DNA of 63,297 bases, counting the filler, from Thraustochytrium aureum (taxonomy: Eukaryota): the NCBI GenBank assembly GCA_012862495.1. It is 5 parts of 2 records of this genome, joined end to end, with 100 filler letters (N's around TTAATTAATTAA, not from the genome) between each part and the next. Parts side by side here need not be neighbours in the genome. Positions count along the whole stretch, not along the records: positions 21,240 to 36,593 come from BLSG01000377.1; positions 36,694 to 48,085 come from BLSG01000377.1; 3 more parts are not named here. One strand, written 5' to 3'. Made by a program: the position numbers and the translations under genes. Positions 33,610 to 46,081 of this stretch are shown here, piece by piece (positions within the stretch are counted from its first letter, which is position 1; each line of letters starts with the position of its first letter). The notes below the pieces were generated by a model. That model was not told the origin of the DNA. It saw only the letters and a list, made by a program, of their open reading frames with translations, and did not search any database.

Positions 33610-34371
33610 CTTGCCTGGCAGCTCGCTTGCCAGTTGGCGCCGATTGAGCGCCGCTCCTTGCTGGCGTCAGCGTCTCGCTACTTTTGCCACTGGCTGCAGC
33701 GGCGAGGTCGACTCTGACTCTGCCCGAGTTGCGCTGCGGCCGTCGCGGGGACTTTCCGAGCGAGCCGGAGTGCCCCTTGCGGCGCCGTAGCGAGGTCGCA
33801 AGCAGCGCCCGCGCCCTGCCTGGCTGATGCGTGCCGGACTGCCAAGTCGTGGCGAAGGATAGATTTTTTCCCGGTCACGATAACGGATCTAGCGGCTCTC
33901 AATTGGAGGGTACTACTTGCTAGCGAGTTGTGTCGTCCTAATTCGCCGCACGCTGCCAGCCCCATGGCGCTGGTCAGGTCGCCTCTAGCGAGGAGAAGCA
34001 GGGGCGCAGCGACGCGCCCCAGTCGGCGCTGCCTGGGGGTTGGCAGCGCCTCATTGTTCAACTGTTGGAGGTCGCGCCGTCTGCCTCGCTCAGCTTGGAA
34101 TCTTCAGTAAGCCACCCACCACCAGCTGCACGGCTGCATGGAAAAGGCAACCCACCAACCGCATGGACAGAGCCTGTTCTCGCGGCATGCGCCGTCGAAG
34201 GGAATGTCTGACAGGCGGGTAGCCGTCGTTTCTGTGCATGGCTTTTGTTTTTCGATTGAAAATGGGAAGAAAACGCCGATCCGCAAAGCGCAAGACGCTT
34301 GCTGATGGCAGCTTTCCAGGGCAGGCAGGAATGGCCTGAGATAGCCAAGCCAAAAGCTGCGGGCCGACGCT

Positions 34372-36531
34372 TTAACCGAAAATCCACCAGGACTTGCTAA
34401 GCGCTGGCGCGGCGGCCTGGGTCTGCGCACGTTCTTCGGGCGAAAACTCGAGGATTGTCGCAATCACTGGGCCCAGCGCGGCCCGCTCGGAGCTGCTGAC
34501 GTCAAAAGTCATATACTGCAAGAGGACGTTCTTGAGATACTTGATGTTGACCCCGTGGCCTTGCAGGCGCACGTCGGTCTTGAGGATCTCGATGCGCCCT
34601 TCAAGGGCCATCTTGTCCTCTCGCGCGATCGCAAGGTCCTGCTCGAGCGCCGCGATATTTGCCTCCAGCTCAGATACTCGGGCCGAAAGCGAAGCGAACC
34701 GTTTGTCCTTTTGCACTTGCTCCCGGGCGAGTTGGATTATGTGACGCTCTCCTGCTTTGCCTTGGTTCAGGTCGCTCTCGGCAGCGGCGAGTCGGGTGCG
34801 CAGGTCCGCGAGCTCGCGCTCGCGCTCGGCCAAGAGGCGCTTGGCAAGCCTCTTTCTCTCGAGCTCCTGGTCGAGCTGCACTGCAAAGGCGGCCGACAGC
34901 TCGTCTGCCCTGGTTTGCACAGCGGCGGATATCTGGGCCTCGATTGATGACGCCAGCTCTTTCCGGGCCAGCATGGCCTCCTCTGAACGCTGCCTCGCAC
35001 TCGCAAGAGCCTCAGAGAGCTTGGCGATCTGCTCTGCTGAGGCGGCATGTCCTGCCTTTGCGGCTTCGCGTAGCTCGTCGGCCAGCGCAGACTCTTGCGC
35101 GAGGCGCGCTCGCTCAGAACAGAGCTCTGCCTCGAGCGCAGCCACCTTCTCTTGAAGTACCTCTTCGCTGGCCATCTTGTCTTTGAGCTTCCGTTTCACC
35201 TTGTCAAGCGTCTCGATGAGTTTGCGTTTGTGGCCAGCGTCGACTGAGGCTTGGCCCAGCTCGGCCCGCAACTCGGCGACATGGACTGCGAGGGCTTGCT
35301 GGGCCGCGTCACGCTGGGCCAGTTGGTCCTGGTGCGCAGCCTCGGATGCCTCGGCCTGGCCTTTGGCAGCGCCAAGCTCGGCCTCGAGCTCAGCGGAGCG
35401 CTTTTCGGCTGCATCTTGCGCTGCTGTGGCGCTCGATAAGTCTGCGGTCTGCGAAGCGAGTTCTGTGCGCAGCGCGGTCTCTGCGGCTGCCTGCTCAGCA
35501 ACGCGATCTGCCATTGCCGTGAGCTCCGACTTGCGCCTCTCCAGCTTGCTCGTCAACTTGTCGACGAGGGCTTGCAGGCGTTGGGCTTGCGCCGCCTTTT
35601 CGCGGAGCTGGGCTTTGAGCGCTTGGACAAGAGCCGCACCAGACCCATTCTGCGAAGCATGCCGGGGGGCATCGTCCACGGGCGCGTTGGCCTCGCTTCG
35701 CGTTGGCTCTGGCGTTGACCCCCCCACCTCCACCGTGGACTGGGCAGCCCCGTCGACAAGCGGCTGCTGCGATGCCTCGCTGGGCGGGGGCGCCGCGTCC
35801 TCGCTCTCAGTTTCGCCAGATGGCGGGAGGATGGTGGCATCTGGTGCGGGGGCCTCAAGGCTGTGCTCAGGTTGCTCGCCGCATTTTGTTGGCTCTTGGG
35901 CCGGATTTCGGGGCGAACTTGGTTCGAGCTGCGCCGCTGCCGCTTTCAAGCTGTCACAGAAAGCCTCAATGCTTTCGTGGCCTCCCGAGCGCACCTTGTC
36001 CGTGCTTGGCCGCCCCTGTTCTGGGAGCAGGCGCTGCCCGAGGAACTCGAGCGCGTCCCACGCCAGCTTGGTGGCCTCGCGCTCCTCCTCGAGCCGCGCG
36101 CTCTGCGCCTCGACCTTCTTCATCTTTTTCTTAAGCTTGCGCGTAATTTCCTGGACCTCGTCGAGCTTGGCCTGTGCGAGCTCGGCGTCAACACCTGACT
36201 GGCTGCCGCCCGAGCCCCTCAGCGACGTGAGTGACGATCTCAGGCTCTGAAACGCGGCGGCCTGCGGTGCCGCAGCTGTGGCCGACTTGAGCATACTCTG
36301 CGCCACCGAGAGCCTTGACGCGCCGCTCGCAGCGGAGGCGGTTGACGCCGGCGACGACGGCTGACTTTGCTCGCCTGCCGGCCCTTGCGCATTCCTCAAG
36401 ATCGACTGCGCAAACCTGGACCCAAAAAACCTTCTACTGCCCTGCCCTTGCCCAGCCCCACTCTCACCGGCGCCAGCAGCCGCATCGTCGGCGTGCCCTG
36501 CGGCTCCATCGTCGTTGTCGTCAGGCACCAT
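34372..36531 (-). CDS. GRIP-domain golgin (trans-Golgi coiled-coil tether)
   Basis: Extended coiled coil ending VNIKYLKNVLLQYM..ERAALGPVIATILEFSPEE..SWWIFG, matching the GRIP consensus. Confidence 0.88.
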   Translation of the reverse strand: MVPDDNDDGAAGHADDAAAGAGESGAGQGQGSRRFFGSRFAQSILRNAQGPAGEQSQPSSPASTASAASGASRLSVAQSMLKSATAAAPQAAAFQSLRSSLTSLRGSGGSQSGVDAELAQAKLDEVQEITRKLKKKMKKVEAQSARLEEEREATKLAWDALEFLGQRLLPEQGRPSTDKVRSGGHESIEAFCDSLKAAAAQLEPSSPRNPAQEPTKCGEQPEHSLEAPAPDATILPPSGETESEDAAPPPSEASQQPLVDGAAQSTVEVGGSTPEPTRSEANAPVDDAPRHASQNGSGAALVQALKAQLREKAAQAQRLQALVDKLTSKLERRKSELTAMADRVAEQAAAETALRTELASQTADLSSATAAQDAAEKRSAELEAELGAAKGQAEASEAAHQDQLAQRDAAQQALAVHVAELRAELGQASVDAGHKRKLIETLDKVKRKLKDKMASEEVLQEKVAALEAELCSERARLAQESALADELREAAKAGHAASAEQIAKLSEALASARQRSEEAMLARKELASSIEAQISAAVQTRADELSAAFAVQLDQELERKRLAKRLLAERERELADLRTRLAAAESDLNQGKAGERHIIQLAREQVQKDKRFASLSARVSELEANIAALEQDLAIAREDKMALEGRIEILKTDVRLQGHGVNIKYLKNVLLQYMTFDVSSSERAALGPVIATILEFSPEERAQTQAAAPALSKSWWIFG

Positions 36532-36593
36532 CCGGGCAGAATCAGCGCCAGCGCGCCAAATGGTCAGCCGCCCTGCCACGACGCAATTAAACG

Positions 36594-36693
36594 NNNNNNN
36601 NNNNNNNNNNNNNNNNNNNNNNNNNNNNNNNNNNNNNTTAATTAATTAANNNNNNNNNNNNNNNNNNNNNNNNNNNNNNNNNNNNNNNNNNNN
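36594..36693. other. Artificial contig linker 44N-TTAATTAATTAA-44N
   Basis: 12-mer at 36638-36649 within an N run. Confidence 0.95.
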
Positions 36694-37156
36694 GACGAGC
36701 ACTCGGGCGGCGTTCGCATTGACGCCAACAGTCATCAACCCCGTTGCGAACAGGTCGTTGCTCAGCCGCTTGGCAGATCGATTCGTTGCTCGCGGCAGTT
36801 GTGCGACGCTGCGGCCGAGTCGCGAGCGCAGTGTCAATCAATCAATCAATCGCGCAGGCGCTGTGCGGCCCGAGCCCGCGTGCGGCAGGTCCTTGCGCGC
36901 CGAGTCAGTCCGTGCGCCAGGGCGTCGATCGGCAGATAGGTACACTGTCCGCGCGCGCGCGGCGTGCGGGCTGGGCTGGTCGGCTCGAGGTGCTGCCGCC
37001 AGGCCAGGTGCGTCCAGGCGCCGCGGCAAGCGAGCACGCAGGCACGCACGCAGGCACGCCGCGGGACGCTGGAGGGAGCTCGGCGCTGCTCTCGCGGCGC
37101 GCAGGAGGGCGTGAGATAGGCAGGGCAGGGCCGGGGCGGCGCGCGAGGCTCCGAGG

Positions 37157-38894
37157 ATGCAGCAGTTTCGCGGGAAAGGCGCGCACTATCTCCAGGCCCA
37201 GCAGGCAAACCGCGACGAAAGCAGCGATGAAGAGGATGAGGAAGAGGAGGAAGAGGAGGAAGAAGAGGATGAGCGACCTGCGCCGCCCCCTGGAATGCGC
37301 GGCAAAGGGGCCTCGCTTTTCCCTGGCAAAGGCGGCGGCATGTTTCGCGGGAAGGGCGCCATGATCAACGTCCAGAGCAACAACTCGAGCGACAGCGACG
37401 AATCGGCGTCCGAGGAGTCAGAAGAAGAGGACGACGATGACGACGGTGGCTCTACTGCCGCCGCCGCCGCCGCCGCCGCCACGGCCGCCACGGCCGCCGC
37501 CGCCGCTGCTGCAGAGGCCGCGAAGGCAAAGGCCGCCAGCGACGCAGCAGCCGAGCAGGCAAGGATCGAAGCAGTGGCGGCACGAGAGGCCGCAGCTCGT
37601 AAAGCCGCAGCTGAAGCCGCAGCTCGGGAGGCTGCCGCTCGGGAGGCTGCCGCTCGGGAGGCTGCTGACCAAGAAGCTGCGAACCAGGACGCCGAGGCCC
37701 AGGCTGCGAAGAAGAGGCTGGAAGCTCAGCACAAGCGCGCCGACAAGCGGCAGCAAGCAGCTGAAAAGAAAAAGAAGGATGACGAAGACGCGCGTGCCAA
37801 GTTGATCGCTGACAAGGCCAAAGAGGAGGCAGATAAGAGGGAGCGACTTCGGCTCGCCGCGCAACGCGATCGCGAAGAGGACGAGAAGCGCAAGCAAGCG
37901 GCTGAAGAAAAGAAGGCCGCACAGCGCGAGGAGAAGAAGAAAAAGGCCGCGGAGGAAGAGGAACGTAGGCAGAGTCTCCTGCAGGCCGTTCGGCGCAAGG
38001 GTGAAGAGCAAAGCAATCAGGTTGCAAATACCCCTGTCAAGGCCGAAGGAAGCAAGACTCCTGTCTCTGTCGCAATCAATGGAGTTGCCGGCAAAGTGGA
38101 AGCGGCCGCAGAGTCCAAGACGAAATCGAAGGAAGATACGCCCGCTCAGTCCGCGCGAAAGTCCGCGCGAAAGCGCACCGCTTCGTCCGCTGACTCTTCT
38201 AGCGATGAGGAGTACGAAGAGGAAGAGGAGGGAGGAGGAGGAGGAGGAGGAAGTGGACATGACAGAGGCCAGCGCGCGCAGCATGCGCGCAGCCAACAAC
38301 TCAAGGCGGCCCCCAAGGAAAGCGCGCACCAACAAGTCCTTTGCGGAAAGCGACGGCGAGGACAACGATGATGTCGACGAGGAAGAAGAGGAGCTGCCCG
38401 AAGAGAAGCCCAAGCCAAAAGCGGCCAAAGCGATCAAGATAGAAAAGCCGGACAGAACTAGCGAAGAGGCACCAGCGCCGCCTCCGCCGCCAACCCAACC
38501 TCCAAAGCGGAGGGCGTCGTCGTCCAGCGCTGTCGATCCTTCCGCGACAAAGAAGGCCAAAGGCGGCGGGTCTTCGGCCTCAACGGCAGGCGCAAAACAG
38601 GCGGCGGTGCAAACGGTGATGCAGGATGTTGGCAACGTGGCCACCAAAATCACAAAGGTCAAGGCGTGGGCCGAGAAGGATGGCCGTTCCAATGCCCAGA
38701 TCGTGCAAAAGGTTGTCTCGTATCTTGAGAAAATAGGACAGTACATCAAGGAACACAGGACCTCTCACACGTTGGCGGAAGAGGCTGACATGTGGGCCTG
38801 GGTGGCTGAGCGCTGCGGCTATGCCAAGGGTGGTGCGGGTCTGGAGCGGGTGTACGAGCTCCTGCGTGCGGAGGCTGAGCAGGGCAATTCATGA
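37157..38894 (+). CDS. Low-complexity acidic/basic putative nuclear protein (indel in the GAG/GGA run near 38231)
   Basis: RGKG repeats, poly-E/D tracts, EAAAR helix repeats, an E/K/R-rich helix and SARKSARKR. The frame resumes EEEEVDMTEASAR.. and ends in a small helical C-domain. Confidence 0.65.
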
Positions 38895-39382
38895 CCTTGG
38901 CCCGTCGGCGAATGCTGTGGCATATCGTGCCGGCCTTGGCACGAATTGCGATTCTCACCTCGTGTTGCCGAGCGACATTGTGGGCCACGGCGAGGCGACT
39001 TGGCATCTTCTGGAAACTGGCATCTGGGGGCACGTCTCGTTGAGTCTCTTTATTGTGTGCGTGCGTGCTGCCACGACTTTTTCTGTTGCAGGGCTCAGTG
39101 TCTGTCGAGCAGGAGCCCTAGCTTGCAAATGACTTATCTTTAAAATGCAGAGCTGCGCATTTTCTTTTCTCCGCTTTTCAACCAAGAGCTCTCTTCTGCT
39201 GGCGCCTTGGTACATTCGAGAATCGATCACAATTACCACACATTACCGCGCCAGGGAATGCGTCGGGCCCCTTCTTTCTACTACAAACTATACAAAACGT
39301 TCCAGTACGGACCCCTGCCTTCCCAACGCGACGGCTAACGCCACACGGCCACCGCGCACCCCCCAACCGTACACCCCTTGTC

Positions 39383-40553
39383 TCACGTCGAGGCCACGGC
39401 GTTCGAAGCACGCTCCCCAAAACTCGGCGTTGCAAAAACAGCGTCAATCTGCTCTTCTGTCAAGAGCGCGGCCAGCTTTTCTCGGGGCACTTTGGAGGAG
39501 ACGACGACCTTGTCGCGTGTTGCCGGATCGAGCACGCGGCTGATCACCGTCCAGGCGCCGGAAAAATACCAGGGCGCGTTGCAAATGTAGCAGCCGCGAA
39601 GGTTTTCCGGATAGTGGCCCTGGCCCACCTTGAGAACGCGCGTGAGCATCATGACGCCAGGCATGTACAGCTGCGTCGTGCCAATCCCAGCCAGGTCGTG
39701 AATTTCGATAAAGTTGCGCCACTCGCGCGGCTCGTCCTCCGCTAGCGGCTGCATTCGGCCCGAGCGCACGAGCTCGTCCTGGTACGCGCGCGAGTTGGCC
39801 TTGTTCTGCAAGTCGAGCGTCATCTCCATCCAGGTCACGTAAAAGTCAGCAAACTGCTCCTCAGAGACCTCGCGCAGCAGCTGCTTTGGGCGCACGTCTT
39901 TAAAGCGGAAGAGCTGCACGGGAGAGCCGTCGTTTGTTGTAAAGTCGAGAAAGGTCCCGGCCCAGTGGTGGCGGAACTGCTCAAAGCACGAGAGTCGCTC
40001 GCGCGTCTCGGGGGCGTCCGGCTCGTCCAGCTTGCGTGCTGCGCGAAAGGCAGCCGTCTCCCTAAACATCTTTTCTGCGGCAGCCAGCTTACCAGCCCGC
40101 GCGCGCATGTACCTCTCGTAGCACCGAACAGGACCACCAAGCTTGGCCACCACTGCCCGGCGTCGCCACGTCAGCCACGCGCTCACGCAGCTCTGCGATG
40201 CCTGGCAGCTCGGGCGGCTGGAGCACTTGATCTATCGGATGGCTCAGGTCCGTGAAGGCTGAGGCTTGGGGCGCTGCTAGCGGTGCCGATGCCGCCGTGT
40301 CTCCGCTGCCTTCGCTCAGCCTCGTCGAGGTCGAGGACTCGTCAAGCGGCTCAGCAAGCTCGCCAAGCGCGCAAGCTTGGTCAGCAACACCGCTGCTCGG
40401 CGACCTGGAGGCCTCCAGGGTGGCCCCAATCGTCTGTGCGTGCTGGATCGGCGGGAGCCGATCCGGCGCGGCCAGACCCCCTTTGCTGGACTTTGTGGAG
40501 CTATTGGAGCGCCTGCGAAAGCCAAGCCGACGTCGGAAGCTGCTCGAGCTCAT
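39383..40553 (-). CDS. CRAL-TRIO (Sec14-like) lipid-binding protein (indel near 40158)
   Basis: ERYMRARAGKLAAAEKMFRETAAFR (CRAL-TRIO N), DGSPVQLFRF, IEIHDLAGIG, QGHYPENLRGCYICNAPWYFSGAWTVISRVLDPATRDKV. Confidence 0.85.
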
Positions 40554-41319
40554 CGAGGTGCGCTCGCTCGCCTGGGACCCGAAGCTGGCCGCGCTGCGCG
40601 AGCTGCCGATGTTGAGTGACGCAACGCGGCCGACGGCGGGCCCAGGAGCACTCGAAGGAGCTGGGCCCTTTCGAGAAAAGGACGCGCCGAAGCACGCTGC
40701 GCCTCTTGCTCGGCGTGCTGGCCACCGAGGCGGAGCTGGGGCTGTTCAGGATCCAGTCGATTCCGCTAGTGCCGACGCTCTCCTCTGCGTCGCGCTCGTC
40801 CANNNNNNNNNNNNNNNNNNNNNNNNNNNNNNNNNNNNNNNNNNNNNNNNNNNNNNNNNNNNNNNNNNNNNNNNNNNNNNNNNNNNNNNNNNNNNNNNNN
40901 NNNNNNNNNNNNNNNNNNNNNNNNNNNNNNNNNNNNNNNNNNNNNNNNNNNNNNNNNNNNNNNNNNNNNNNNNNNNNNNNNNNNNNNNNNNNNNNNNNNN
41001 NNNNNNNNNNNNNNNNNNNNNNNNNNNNNNNNNNNNNNNNGCGGGCAGCTGCGTTGCCAGCCGATGCGCCTGGCCGCCGAGCAGCCTCGCAAGGGACAAT
41101 CAACGAGCACGGCTCACCTGCCCGGCCTGCGTGGCTGCCCGCGTGCGAGGGGGTCTGTCGAGGAGGCTGCTGCTGGTGCTGCTGTGGGGGATGGATGATT
41201 GATTGATTGATTGTGCAGAGTGGTGAGTCCTACGAGTAGAGTAGAGTACGTGCTGTCCTCTCGGAAGTACTCTCCTGCTCACCTCTCTGGCATGTGAACG
41301 AGCGAGCACATCATGCCTG

Positions 41320-41395
41320 CCAGCCAGCCAGCCTGCCAGCCAGCCTGCCAGCCTGCGTGCCTGCCTGCCTGCCTGCCTGCGTGCCTTCCGGCCTG
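41320..41395. repeat. (GCCA)/(GCCT) microsatellite tract
   Basis: cagccagccagcctgccagccagcctg..gcctgcctgcctgcc. Confidence 0.8.
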
Positions 41396-42277
41396 CGCGG
41401 CTCCCGCTCGAGCACTTACTCTGTGGGCGAGCGAAGAGGACGCAGCGCGTTGTGTTGTGTGATTGCACGGCAGGCATGCTCGGGAGACTGATGGGTTGCT
41501 TGCCGAGGACACGAAAGGTCGGCGGCTCAAGCTGGCAAGCCGGTCGATGGGATTGGACGGGCGGCCGCAGCTCTGGGTCAGTCAAGAGCGCTTGGTTGCG
41601 CGCAAGGCTTTGAGATCCCTGTGCGGAGGAAGGCACGATCAATCAATCAAGACGATCGCCAACCATACCGCCGGTCCTCCTCGAGGAAAAACGAGTCAAC
41701 GCAGAATACCGGTACTTCGACGGTTGGTTGTCCATGGAGCAGTCCAACGGGCTGGGCAAGCGAGCAGTTTTGTCGCGTTGCGTTCCAAGCAGCCACCGGC
41801 ATGGGCAAGCGGGCCTGCATTCTGCAACGTCGCAGAGGAGCGCGAGCATCATCAGTCAGCCTCCACCCACGCGCTACGCGCTCGTTTCGCCTTCCTTGTC
41901 GTGGTCTTGCTGCCCGTTCGCCCGATGCTCCCACTCCGAGTCCGGGCCACACCGCAACCGGGCGAACGCACGAGCCTGATTGATTGATCTCGATTGATGA
42001 TGGATGGATGACTCGGATGGTGAGATTCTCGACCTCTTGCGAATCTACGTGCGTCGCTGCACGATACAACGGGGGCCCTGGTGACGTGATCGAGGAGCGG
42101 TGTCCACTGGACGAAGAGATGTCACGTCCAGTGGACGAAGAGTTTGTTCGCCTGATTCTAATCTCTTCGAATGCGAAGCGGGACGAAACCCGGCCAGCAG
42201 TCCCGCATCAGTCGAGCGCAGCGCTGGTTTGTGCGAGTCCAAGGCGGGAGCGTACCGGTAGCTTGTGGTTGGGAAAG

Positions 42278-42741
42278 ATGTCGGCCATGGTGTTGAGCAT
42301 CGCGACGCTTGTGGCGTCGCTTGCAACGATTGTCGCTCCGTGGGTGACCGGCAGCTTTGGCAACAACTATTGGATCGGAGGCACGGTCGCTGGGCTCGCA
42401 GCGGTTGCGTTTTTGCTAGCCATTGCATCCGCGGTGGTCGCGGGGCTTGCGAACGGGCGCGGCGCGGAGGGCGCCACGCTTTGGGTGGTCAACGCGGCGC
42501 TGCAGCTGCTGATCTTCATTTTTTCCGTCGCAGCTTGGGCGTACTACGTGAGCAGCATGTCCAAATCCCTTCCCAAAGCGCCTTTCAGATCTACTCGTGG
42601 GGTTTTGCGTTTGGCATCATCACAAGCATCCTTGCGCTCGCCACTGCGGCGCTCTCCGTCACGGCGAGCAAGTCGAACTCGTCGGGCGAGCAAGGCAACT
42701 ATGGCGCCGGGATGCCGCCGGCCCAGAAGGAGCAGCCTTGA
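42278..42741 (+). CDS. Small four-TM membrane protein, claudin/PMP22/amastin-like (indel near 42575)
   Basis: Hydrophobic TM1 ending APW, then TM2 and TM3, then in the shifted frame FQIYSWGFAFGIITSILALATAAL (resembles the claudin-like YGWSF before TM4) and a short polar tail. Confidence 0.55.
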
Positions 42742-43569
42742 TGATGGCGCGTCAAAGCCTGGCCATGCCGAGCCCGCTGGGGCCTCCCCTCTGCCGTGCA
42801 AGACTCACACGCTGCCTCGAGGGCTGGCAACCCGCTTACGCGCGGCCAAGGCGGCCTGTTGAGACGTAGGTAGAACATGTCCACCTCCAATTCCGGTGAA
42901 TCAATCAATCAATCCCAAACGTGCTCAGCCGCGCCACGAGGCCCTGACTCCGCGGAGCGAAAGCCTNNNNNNNNNNNNNNNNNNNNNNNNNNNNNNNNNN
43001 NNNNNNNNNNNNNNNNNNNNNNNNNNNNNNNNNNNNNNNNNNNNNNNNNNNNNNNNNNNNNNNNNNNNNNNNNNNNNNNNNNNNNNNNNNNNNNNNNNNN
43101 NNNNNNNNNNNNNNNNNNNNNNNNNNNNNNNNNNNNNNNNNNNNNNNNNNNNNNNNNNNNNNNNNNNNNNNNNNNNNNNNNNNNNNNNNNNNNNNNNNNN
43201 NNNNNNNNNNNNNNNNNNNNNNNNNNNNNNNNNNNNNNNNNNNNNNNNNNNNNNNNNNNNNNNNNNNNNNNNNNNNNNNNNNNNNNNNNNNNNNNNNNNN
43301 NNNNNNNNNNNNNNNNNNNNNNNNNNNNNNNNNNNNNNNNNNNNNNNNNNNNNNNNNNNNNNNNNNNNNNNNNNNNNNNNNNNNNNNNNNNNNNNNNNNN
43401 NNNNNNNNNNNNNNNNNNNNNNNNNNNNNNNNNNNNNNNNNNNNNNNNNNNNNNNNNNNNNNNNNNNNNNNNNNNNNNNNNNNNNNNNNNNNNNNNNNNN
43501 NNNNNNNNNNNNNNNNNNNNNNNNNNNNNNNNNNNNNNNNNNNNNNNNNNNNNNNNNNNNNNNNNNNNN

Positions 43570-45164
43570 TCCTCGCGCAAGGTGTTGGAGCCAACCCAGC
43601 GCGGTACAGCTTGGGCCCGTGGTGGAGGGCAAGCCTTGAGCAACTCGTTGAGCAAGGCGGCCCAGAGAGCTGCGCCCCAACGGGGCAGGTGCCGCTCGCC
43701 GAGCTGCTCGCGCGCGCCAGCGAATATGACAAGCCGCATGTGGAGGCTCTCGTCTCGAGCGTGGCGCGCGACGTTTGCGAGGCGCTGGCCTTTCTGCATC
43801 GATCAGCGCGCTCTCACGGCTTGCTTTGCCCGGAGGATGTGCACATCACCCCGGCGCCAGCGCACCGCACTCCCGCATCAGGCCGTGGAGGCGTCGCGAG
43901 GCCAGACGGCGCTGCGCGAGGTCTGCCGCTAGCTCGAATCTCTGGCTATTGCCTGCCTCAGCTGAGCGGGCAGCCTGGCATCCTGAAACCCGGCGCCGTC
44001 ACGTATGCGGCGCCAGAGCTCCTGCTCCTTGATCCTGAGGCGCCTGACGAGCCCGTGTTCCGACCCATGGGAGACGTTTGGGCCCTTGGGGTTCTCCTCG
44101 CAGAGCTTGCTGGCCTGCATGAGTCGGTGCGGCCCAGCGAGTCAGAATCAGACAGAATCGCGAAGCTCCGACTTTCTGCGAAACATGCGCTCAGCAAGTC
44201 GCCGCGCTCGCTCTTGCCCGAGCTCCTGGCCACGGCCCCGACGAGGCTGCGTTGCGCCCTCGGACCAGACTTTTACGACTTCCTCGCGCGCTGCCTGTAC
44301 CTAAACCCCGCTGATAGAGACTGTGCCGAAGCGCTCCTCTGCCACCCGTTTCTCGCCAGTCTTGGAGCCGGCGATGGGAACGGGCGCGCAGCTCTGGCCA
44401 AGGAGGCAAGCACGTACCAAAACGCGCGCGGTTGTGGCAACCTGTACTTTTGCCTCAACGCGCTAAGCAACGGTGACGAGACTTGGCGGGGCCGCGCTAG
44501 GCGCCGCCTCGAGCGGCAAGGAGCCGCCACTGTCGCCTACGCAGACGTTGCCCTTGGCCCTGAACTCGAGCTGGCTTTGCAGAGGGACTTGCCGGCGACC
44601 CCAGCTGAGGAGGGGCGCTTGGCTTGCGCCCTGTCGCCGAGGGCCTCTATCGTCGCAGCGCCAGGGTCGGCGGCAGCTGAGCCACACCCTAGAGGGCGGC
44701 AATTCAGCGACTCTGATCGGCGAGGGCTGGACCGCGAGGCTGCTGGCCTCAACACAACGGCATCCATGATCGCAGCTGTGATTCTTTCGGGCAGAATCGG
44801 GACCCACAGCAGGCCAAGCCCTGGCCGGCAGGAGAAGGCCGAGTTGGCAGAGCCACAAGGGAGCTCGAACAAATCGAGCTCAGCGGAAGCGGCCAGCTTG
44901 TTTCGGCTCGCGGACTTGGCCGCGCTGCAGGCCGCAATGTACTCTAGCAGTGCATCGTGCCAAGGTCCCGAGCAAAGAACGGCACTGTTCGGCCTTGCGC
45001 GCAAACTTGCTCTTAGCCTAGGCCGGCGCGGAGTCACGGGTGCGGGACTTTCGGCGAGCGCGCGAGGCTCGCTGTGGGTCGCGCTGCTGGACGTCCCCGT
45101 TGAGCTTGCCGCGCGCGGGAGCGCGCTAGACCCCTTTGCAGGCGGCCCAATCCGGCTCTGCGAG
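43570..45164 (+). CDS. TBCK-like pseudokinase plus start of a TBC Rab-GAP domain (both ends in gaps)
   Basis: VARDVCEALAFLH..HGLLCPEDVHI (no HRD), ARISGYCL (no DFG), YAAPEL, GDVWALGVLLAEL, DFLARCLYLNPADR..LLCHPFL. Later GLSASARGSLWVALL resembles TBC motif A. Confidence 0.65.
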
Positions 45165-46081
45165 NNNNNNNNNNNNNNNNNNNNNNNNNNNNNNNNNNNN
45201 NNNNNNNNNNNNNNNNNNNNNNNNNNNNNNNNNNNNNNNNNNNNNNNNNNNNNNNNNNNNNNNNNNNNNNNNNNNNNNNNNNNNNNNNNNNNNNNNNNNN
45301 NNNNNNNNNNNNNNNNNNNNNNNNNNNNNNNNNNNNNNNNNNNNNNNNNNNNNNNNNNNNNNNNNNNNNNNNNNNNNNNNNNNNNNNNNNNNNNNNNNNN
45401 NNNNNNNNNNNNNNNNNNNNNNNNNNNNNNNNNNNNNNNNNNNNNNNNNNNNNNNNNNNNNNNNNNNNNNNNNNNNNNNNNNNNNNNNNNNNNNNNNNNN
45501 NNNNNNNNNNNNNNNNNNNNNNNNNNNNNNNNNNNNNNNNNNNNNNNNNNNNNNNNNNNNNNNNNNNNNNNNNNNNNNNNNNNNNNNNNNNNNNNNNNNN
45601 NNNNNNNNNNNNNNNNNNNNNNNNNNNNNNNNNNNNNNNNNNNNNNNNNNNNNNNNNNNNNNNNNNNNNNNNNNNNNNNNNNNNNNNNNNNNNNNNNNNN
45701 NNNNNNNNNNNNNNNNNNNNNNNNNNNNNNNNNNNNNNNNNNNNNNNNNNNNNNNNNNNNNNNNNNNNNNNNNNNNNNNNNNNNNNNNNNNNNNNNNNNN
45801 NNNNNNNNNNNNNNNNNNNNNNNNNNNNNNNNNNNNNNNNNNNNNNNNNNNNNNNNNNNNNNNNNNNNNNNNNNNNNNNNNNNNNNNNNNNNNNNNNNNN
45901 NNNNNNNNNNNNNNNNNNNNNNNNNNNNNNNNNNNNNNNNNNNNNNNNNNNNNNNNNNNNNNNNNNNNNNNNNNNNNNNNNNNNNNNNNNNNNNNNNNNN
46001 NNNNNNNNNNNNNGCGTTGCGTTTGTGGCGCGTTGCGTGCGGCAGAGGATCGCGCTGACGGGTCTCGTGGTCCTTGGCGGG

